The translations under genes were made by a program, and so were the position numbers. 64,000 nucleotides of DNA from Octopus vulgaris. Lineage: Eukaryota. The notes below the pieces were generated by a model. The model was not told where the DNA came from. It saw nothing but the letters and a program-made list of their open reading frames with translations, and did not search any database. Of the stretch, positions 55,186-64,000 are shown piece after piece (position 1 is the stretch's first letter; each line of letters starts with the position of its first letter). The stretch lies in assembly GCA_951406725.2 (NCBI GenBank), contig OX597824.1, positions 6,076,001 through 6,140,000 on the forward strand. The letters are read 5' to 3'.

Positions 55186-57838
55186 TACGTATGTACGCAT
55201 GTATATATTATGTATGTTCATGTGCATGAATGTGTGCATGCATGTACGTATAAAAGGAGTGTTTATAACACTGAAGAGAAATTGTTTAGTCAGCGACATA
55301 AAGATGATAATAAATGTTTATATGTAAAATAAACTCCCACGTTCTTCTCAGTAATTTGCCTTAAAGTTTCTACTAAATCATTCTGTTTTAATAAAACAGA
55401 AACTTTTTTAACTAAATTTTTCTGTTTTCCCATAGCAAGTAAGAAATCTAAAATTTACAAATGCAATTCTTTATTTTGCCTATATACATATTTTGTATAT
55501 ATAAAGATGTGTATATCTACATTCATTGAAAGCATTTTTTCACTTTCTGAAACGTAAAACTTTCATTTTCTCACTTGAAATTTTCTTATTGTTATTATAT
55601 GTGAAAACGAAAAAGCATCCGAGTTGATGTACTTGCATATGTGTGGGTACATACAAAAGTGGTGCGTTTATTTAGCCGCTGTAATACTAGCGAAACAAAA
55701 CCTTATTGCCATCAAGAATCACAGATAAATGTAATCGTATATCTACCCTAAAAATAGATTTCGTTGTCATTTGAATTGTACATATCTTTACATTTATTGA
55801 AAACAGTTTTTTTTTTCAACTTATGAAATTTTAGGCGCGCTTCTTTCAGCTGACATTTCTTAATGCTTTATGAGCGTAAAATATTATAAAATATTATAAA
55901 CTTGAAATGAAAGGAAGAAAGTATTTCGGTTGAATGGATATCTGAGTAAATCATTTCTTCTTTAAAATAAAGCAAAAATTCTTTTCGCACCTCCACATTT
56001 TCTAAAGTGAAACACACACGCACACAATGAAAGTGAACGGATATTTATCATTTCAATACCAATTTTCCAGTCAGCTGGAAAAATATTCTTGACTTAAAAT
56101 AAACAATTACTTTTAGTTAAATATCAACTATTCAGCAGAATGCATATTTAAAGTAGTTGCAGTTTGGTGAATAGGAAGATACGTCTCCTTCATATTGGGA
56201 ATATTAAAAATAAAATATTTCATAAGAAAATAATATCTTTTCTTTCCAAAAACGCTAAATGCATTCGTTTGTTGTTTCATTTTCTTTAAGGATGAAAAGC
56301 TTCCTTCAGGTGCATACAAAATAGTTATAAACTTCGATTAATAAACAAAAAGTATACATATACTGCAGTTCTATCTCACTCATATATATTCAGTTCTGTA
56401 TTGAATAAAGTAAAAATGTTTTGAAATTTTGCAAAAATCTTTTACACTTTCCCCCACTATGTTCAATGAAAAATAAATCGTTTAGAATTCAACAGAGTCA
56501 AAATATAATTTATTCAATGGTAGACAATGGAATTATATCAAATCTAGAAAAGGAGCGTCGTTTCAAAGAACAGCGCCATCTCAGCTGTAACATACCCTCC
56601 ACAGAGGAAAGATTACAAGAACATCTTGAAAGAATAAAGCAGGCTTCCAGGAAGGAGAGAGAAAATAATGACAAATGGACACAGAGAGGAGAAGGTGACA
56701 GAATATGACACTGCCACGAAGTCCTAAACCTGCTTCAAATACGCTAGACCGGGCTTTTCAAGACATTTCCCATACATCTAACAAATGACGGTTCTAAAGA
56801 GTATAGAACTGAAATAAAATGCATGGGAAAGGTAAACGAGAAATGTTTTAAATGTCAAGCATTTATGTAGCTGAAAGGAAGACTTTCTCGGATTTCCCAG
56901 AGAGTATCTTCCCTCATTTTGTGTTTTGTCAAAGACCAACCGCTAATATTTCGAGCCCCCTATCCTTCACCTTGAAGAACTGTTGACTTCAAATACTGTC
57001 CAATTTAGATATAATACTTCCACTACAATTTCATTTGTGTTTCTGAAAGACTGAGATAATACGAACCCACAAGAACAGCAGAAAGTATCAAACCGTGTAC
57101 CAATGGAAGCAAAACACATTCCAAGAGGCTTTTTGTTTAATTCGCTAGTAATTAATTCAGTCATTAATTTCACATATCTAACTGCAGCTGGAGGGATTAG
57201 AACATCAATTTCGATGCAAATTCCGTAACTATATGTTCTTCGCTCTATCAAAATTCTTGACGATTTCATAGTTTCTTTCTCATTTCAACCAGTCCAAAGA
57301 TCGCTCTACCTCTTGTGTCTATACGATCGCATGTGAAAAATACAGACTATAGCCAGCTATAAGAAAACAATAAGTAACATAAATTAGTTCGATACGCGCC
57401 TTCGTGGACAGTTTTGAAGGAGGAGTTATATGCAAAAGCTATTATACAATAAATATATTTCATTGCTTTATCATCCATTTTCACTTTCCCTTACCGAAAT
57501 TATTTTGCACTTTTTGTAATGTCCCGTAAAATTCAACCATCAACATCTTACTTACAGAATTCAAACCATGACACATATTACTCATCAATGACTTATGTAA
57601 TCAGAAAGAATTACAATATCAAGTACCAAAAATTTAGGTGGTTGGAATGTCTTGACCAGAATCATTCCAGCCTTGGTTATCCTGTCTTTTGAGGTTATAT
57701 CTGAAATTACATTATTCTATGAAACCTGAAAGTAATTGGGTTTGTTTATTTCTAACACAAACGTAAACCATGTACAAGCACCAACTATCAAAAGCATATA
57801 AAATTAAAATGGTATGTTCGAAGGTTTATGTATACTCC

Positions 57839-57901
<63 letters not shown>

Positions 57902-58005
57902 TAAAAATGAGGATGAAAAATTGAATATTAATATGATTAACATAAATTTAAAACCAGTGGTCTAGCATATTAAAATCTGAAAGTTCACAAAATTGTATTA
58001 CATAC

Positions 58006-58074
<69 letters not shown>

Positions 58075-58075
<1 letters not shown>

Positions 58076-58285
58076 GTCTGTGTCTATGTTTGTCTCCCCA
58101 ACATCGTTTGACAACCGATGCTGGTATGTTTACGTCCCCGTAACTTATTGAGCTGTTCGGCGAGAGACACTGATAGAATAGATATTAGGTTTACAACGAA
58201 TGAGTCCTGGGTTCGACTTGTTCGATTAAAGACGGTACTCCAGCGTGGCTGCAGTCAAATGATTGAAATAAATCAAAGAAGAAAA
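58075..58285 (+). mobile_element. SINE family A 3' half
   Basis: ttgacaaccgatgctggtatgtttacgtccccg...ctccagcgtggctgcagtcaaatga. Confidence 0.75.
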
Positions 58286-58315
58286 GAATAATAGAATATA
58301 TATATACATATACTT

Positions 58316-58380
<65 letters not shown>

Positions 58381-58458
58381 GAAATGAGGTACTCAGAAGA
58401 TCGAATGGTTTATATTTACAGATATTTATTTGTATATTACATTTTTTATATATCATAT

Positions 58459-58520
58459 AACTTAGATCATGTATTAGCGCTTTCTCCCATTCTTGTGGGG
58501 TTTTCAAATCAAACTAAGTT
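58459..58520 (-). ncRNA. Hammerhead-like motif with U3-A8 core
   Basis: Minus strand: aacttag tttgat TTGAAAA cccca caagaa tggga GAAA gcgc TA atacatgat ctaagtt. Interrupted helix I with a 7-bp distal stem; palindromic helix III. Confidence 0.5.
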
Positions 58521-58956
58521 CCTGTGTGAGGAGTTTTGACCATTTTATAGTGGTATTGAATTTGTGGTGGTGGGGAGGAATATAAGACAGTACAAGAGGG
58601 GGATATATATATATTGCAGCATAATGGCAGATGATTCCAAAAGGCCATACACCAAACACTAAATACGAAGTACGATCATACTGTACGCCATCTTGGAAAA
58701 AGTTCGTATTGTATAGGATTCTCTAGAACCCCTACATTGAGACGGATGGATTATATTTGCAATTTACAAGCTGGTCACATTTATTACACCTATGAGACAT
58801 ATATTAATAGTGAATGTGCCTGTGAATTACCCAACTAGTAACATTCTAATTCAATGAACATGTAATACAGCGTGCGAAACCAAGAACCCATCGTCGGAGC
58901 CATTGGGAATCCATATATTCATCTATTTTGATGCATATACATAAATGTGGATTAAC

Positions 58957-59015
<59 letters not shown>

Positions 59016-59528
59016 GTATGTATATCTAATGTATTTATTTAAGCACGAGCATGCTTATGTTCACATCAGTGTTCGATTTAGTCAGTACCAGATAACAAGA
59101 AGTACTTAATGGAATATATTGAACAGAATCCTTCACAAAGGTGCTTCTCGTGCGGTCGCAATCCAATAGCTGAAACCAATAAAAGAATATACTTAATTAA
59201 CACTCGAATATATTCCTTTATGAGATCGAACCGTTACGTACAACTGCGTCTCCGATACACCTTTGTGAGATTTGTTAATCATAGTTCTCCATGGAATAAT
59301 GGAAGACAAGATGTATTCTCTTTCTGAAAACAAACTTGATGCAGGTCTCTGGGAATATTTGATTGACGTCGTAAGAAATTCTGTTCAGTAACAAAAAAAA
59401 AAAACTTCCGTACATTCCAGTACACAATTGCAGATCACTGACATTGATGCGCATGTATATTGACACATGTGGTTTGGTGCGTTTGAAAGTAGCTATGCAT
59501 AAGCACGTGCAAACACATTTACACATAT

Positions 59529-59570
<42 letters not shown>

Positions 59571-59618
59571 CACGCATACCCACACACATGTACACACACA
59601 CGTATATATGTATATAGA

Positions 59619-59662
<44 letters not shown>

Positions 59663-59823
59663 GTAATCTCCCTACCTTTCTCTCTCTTGGTATACATTTA
59701 TATACATACAAACATACACACACACGCACACACATATATACATGTATATTGTACTCTTAGCAATACCCGCTGGGTAGCGTTGATTACAACTCACAAGAAT
59801 ATATATATATATATATATATTAT

Positions 59824-60000
59824 GTGAAATAGAAAGATGAATAATCTTGTAGTAGATTAATCAAAAGTTTAACCGATACCTTAGTAGCAAAAATCACAGC
59901 AGTAAACAGCACGGTTGGAGGTACAACCATATGGTGTTGCAACCGTGCGTTGGTGCGGATAATTGAAATTAAAACATTATTGGTGAATTGAAGAAATGAA
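59824..60000 (-). repeat. Diverged copy of the 28531-28710 repeat, abutting (TA)n
   Basis: tttaaccgataccttagtagcaaaaatcacagcag...gcacggttgg...gcaaccgtgc...gcggataattgaa. Confidence 0.8.
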
Positions 60001-60847
60001 TATATATATATTCCTGAGCGTTATACTAATACATCTGTTTGTTTTGTACACCACCTGTCTTCGTCTTTTGGTTTTTTTCCGTGAACTCTCCTATATATAC
60101 GCACACACAAACATACACACATTCATTTATGTACGTATATTTACGTACATTAAAACATACACAGATGATTTTGTGTAAGTGTATATTTCTATGTCTGTGT
60201 GAAAATTCCGATTTACGTCAATAAAATTAATATGCTGAGCATGTTAAAAAATTTAATTTATTTAGATTCCAAATTACATTATAAGCCTATCTTACTCTTA
60301 ACGTTGCATCCTTTTAAATTGTTTCTAATTTTTTTTATTTATTCGTAGCTACGAGATTGTATACGTTCTGAATGAGTGTTTCAGGTAAAATTCTAACAAA
60401 AAATGCTAATCATATTTCCATAAAATGATATGATATACGTATAGTTATAGTAGTTTACACTTTCTTTATAAAACTTTTGGTTACTCTGATATTTTCGAAA
60501 TAACTTTACAATCTATATTACATCTAAAAAAATTAGATGTTATTTGATAAATTTGAGACGAGCGATCTTCAATAATCTGAAACATAGTGATACTAACTAG
60601 ATTGTAATTTAAAATGGATCATTAATCAAACCGATAGCAGAGATAATTTGACAATCAGCTCTAACAGAGTAATTAGATTACCAACTCTAAATATCATTCT
60701 GTAATAGACAGTAAATTTCGAGATTCCAGTATTTTATGGACACTTATAAAGTCAAGTTAATTCCCATTTTGGAATGCTTTCTTAATTTGCTATTTTTGTA
60801 GAATTACGCGTTCACCTAAAGTTGAATGAAGATTGATTCCTATTGCA

Positions 60848-62102
60848 TCAGGTCATCCTATAAGTTCTGTCCGAATTTTGAACAAAGAAAACAAGTGACC
60901 AAATGTTATATTTAACTGAAATTTAATCATCAATGTACTTTCCCTGATTATCTATGACTTCCTTCCATCTATTTACAAGCTTTTTAATCCCATCACTGTA
61001 AAACTCTTTTGGTTTCAAAGCGAAGAACTCTGAAATGTCAGTTTCGACCTCCTCCTGGCTTGCGAAAGTTACGTCCCCCAAATGATTCTGTAAACTACGA
61101 AACAAATGGTAGTCTGAAGGAGCAAGGTTGGGAGAATATGGTGGATGAGGAATTCTTTTCCCAACCAAGCTCTTCAATCTTCTGTGACGTGATCTTTGTA
61201 ATGTGGCGTCACGCACTTACTGATGAAACATCACTCCTTTTCGATTCATTAAAGCGGATCTTTTTTTCTTCAAAGTTTGGTTCAAACAACGCTCTAATTG
61301 CTGACAGCTGACTTGAGTATTGATTTTTGCATTAGGTGGTAGCAATTCAAAGTGAATTACTCCGTTGCAATCCCACCAGATAGAGGGAAGGATCTTTTTC
61401 CTATGAAGTTCCCTTCTAGGTTGTGGTTGAGCTTTTTCCCTTTTACCAAGCTATTATTTACGACGTTTAATATTTCGATAGAAGATCCATTTTTCGTCAC
61501 CAGTCACAAGCGTATCTAGAAAAGGTGAAATGAGTTAGTGAAAATGGAGAGAAGAACAGATGTGAATTCGGGATTTGCGGTTGCTTTCAGACAATTCATG
61601 AGGCACCCATTTTCCAAGTTTAGGAACCTTTCCAAGTTGTTGAAGATGACGATGAATAGTTGTATCATTTGTACTAAGCTTTATTGCCAATTCCTCAACT
61701 GATAATGTAGTATTTTCTTCAAGTAATGTATCAAGGAGCTTATCATCAAACTCAACTGGACGTCCTTTTCGATTTTTGCAAACTGAATTTTGCAAACCAT
61801 CTTTTGCATGTTCTTTCATTCAAGTTTTCTTTCCTATAAACTGAGTGTATGTTTCAAGTCACTTCAGCTGCAGAGTTTCCTTTTTTGTAGTCATAAAGCA
61901 TTATGTGCCTCAAATACTCTTTGGATACTTCCAAATCAACGAAATTTTAATTCTATTATTCTGTAAAATAATATTTAATTAGTTTAAATGTACACAAATG
62001 CATAAAAATAATTTTTAATACCATTAGACATTCTAAAATACTATTAAATTTCCTTCAATTTTAATAAAGGTAAAATCGGACAGAACTTATAGAATGACCT
62101 GA
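60848..62102 (-). mobile_element. Near full-length mariner transposon (1255 bp)
   Basis: TIRs tcaggtcatcctataagttctgtccga / tcggacagaacttatagaatgacctga; TA at 62103, and the left TA is mutated to CA. Confidence 0.93.
60923..61934 (-). pseudogene. mariner (DD34D-type) transposase pseudogene
   Basis: EYLRHIMLYDYKKG, GKWVPHEL, VTGDEKWI and HPPYSPNLAPSDYHLFRSLQN; start decayed to TTG; several stops and frameshifts. Confidence 0.93.
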
Positions 62103-63408
62103 TATTTTTATTGAAGTTCTTATATTTATGGGTTCCTAGGAAAATTTTTCTCACGGCTAAAGTTAACGTATTGTATGGAAATGCTGATACTGACATTAAC
62201 ATTGGTAGCGACATAATTATTTAATAATTTGTGTTTGGAAATGAATTGTTTGTTTCCCGAATTTACATAGAAGTGAAAATCTCGTAGTGGACACGCATCC
62301 TTTTAATCTAACTTTCACTTATCATCTTTGTTGTTTTCGGGAAAGCTGAAAGAACGTTGAAGAGAAATTTGTTTACGTAGATTTGGCTTTCCAGAAATAA
62401 ATGTTTCTGAAATAGACATGTAGTCAGAAATTTCGAGGGGAGATATTTCGTCGACTAGAGTGTTAAACGGGTACTTAATCTTATTGAACCCAGAGAGATG
62501 AAAAGCAAATATAAACCGGCGGCATCTGAGTTCGAATCGTAAGGGGCTGCTTCTAAACACCAGACATTACTTCTTTTCGATGATGTAATATCACAAAATA
62601 ACCTCGTATGTGGAAATAATTGGAGCAGACCAAACAATATAAGCAAGTTAAGGATTACTGTGAACTTTGGCTCTTTGGCATATCTATATGCAGAAGTATT
62701 TTAACACCCATTCAGAACTAATATATTATGCTTCGTAATGATCGTGGCATGGATAAACGCCCATAATTATTCTCTTTATAAATAATGCCGACAAGTGGTT
62801 AAGACTTTAAAAGATATATCATGGCATATTCTTATATATGAACTCAATGAATTGGTGAAGCGAATATTTCAAGACCTTTCATTTGCTTTCCAACTCAAAT
62901 TAGCGTGTGTTTTTTTTAGCACGATATCTATTTCTTCTTCAACGTTTAGACTTCATTTGGGATACGTTAATTAGGAAATCGTCAGAAGGGTAATAAAGGT
63001 TAAAATCAATATTGGGTGCCCCTTTAATCATTCTAATTATACTGCTTTCTTTTCAACGCTCATGAGTATAAAATATACAGGCCACCTGTCTGTCTTTCAA
63101 ATATTCTGAGCATAATAAACCGAAAATGTTATCATTGATCATTCCCTAGAGTTTTTAGTATTAAGATCTCAAAGAGAAATGGCGAAGACGATAAATATAT
63201 TCACTAAATTACGCAGCGCAGAGCTATAGAGACTTGATATTTTAGCTTTGGTTTTAGACAGGATATTACGAGAATATTTTAGTTAATAAATGTAACCTTC
63301 ATTTAGATTTCTTTTGTGAGACATTTACGATTTTAAGCGATAATTCAGCTGCATATATTTCTATACGTAAATGGCAAAACTTAAAGATGTATATGTAATA
63401 CAATATAA

Positions 63409-63443
<35 letters not shown>

Positions 63444-63448
<5 letters not shown>

Positions 63449-63626
63449 CCAAGAAAAAAGCAACAAGAATGGATTAGCATCCATTCTTGTTGCTTTTTTC
63501 TTGGTTATAATCACCCCACATTTTTTTATGGTTAATACCATAAAGAATTCTGGTGCATCTAAGTTAAGTACCATATTCATTTGAATTCATTGGAATTCAC
63601 TTGAATCTTAATTGTTTTTGCTGAAA

Positions 63627-63628
<2 letters not shown>
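63444..63628 (+). mobile_element. Palindrome-plus-tail element between (TA)n tracts
   Basis: Perfect 31-bp arms with a 4-nt loop (63444-63509), then a ~120-bp tail and (TA)n. Same layout as 925-1100 but unrelated sequence. Confidence 0.6.
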
Positions 63629-63684
<56 letters not shown>

Positions 63685-64000
63685 ACATATATAAATATAT
63701 ATATATATATATATGTATCTACATATATAAATAGATGAATAATCAATATGAATAAAATTTGTGAGTGTGCGTGTACGTTTGTGTATGTGTGTGTGTGTGT
63801 GAGTGTATGTTTTATATACAATGTATCGAGCGTTTCTTGATAGAATAAGCAAATGAGTGAGACAAAATATCCTTCAATGAATACGGACTCCACGTATCAT
63901 CTCGGAAAGATCTATATAGAGTCGCGTTTATGTAAGGCCAACACTATACGATACAGCAAGCGTTATAACACTAATTGGCCTTACCGTAAGAGAATACCGA

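Noticed and set aside
56421-57269. Two ~100-aa ORFs with non-repetitive composition
   Set aside because: Opposite strands and no recognisable motif; possibly decayed retroelement ORF1 but unsupported.

Overview
AT-rich, microsatellite-saturated eukaryotic non-coding DNA. The SINE families, the (TA)n/(CA)n/(TATG)n density and the repeat types point to a coleoid cephalopod, probably Octopus (inference). No intact host protein-coding gene is supported; almost all ORFs in the track are translated microsatellites or TE debris. The window contains: one Tc1 and three mariner remnants, a pogo/Tigger-type MITE with a CR1-like LINE tail inside it, two non-autonomous Helitron-like elements, a cluster of R4/Dong-like RLE retrotransposon fragments in (TATG)n, three tRNA-derived SINE families, and a decayed Penelope-like (PLE) reverse transcriptase. 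The main signal, read by hand, is about a dozen type I hammerhead ribozyme (HHR) motifs. They sit in short (180-480 bp), non-coding, mostly unrelated elements, and most end in (TA)n tracts. Several have inverted or tandem pLTR-like architecture, and two carry G3-C8 or U3-A8 swaps in the catalytic core. Together with the PLE RT fossil, this suggests a diverse microsatellite-targeting PLE/retrozyme system. All folds were derived by eye; cleavage activity and novelty are untested.
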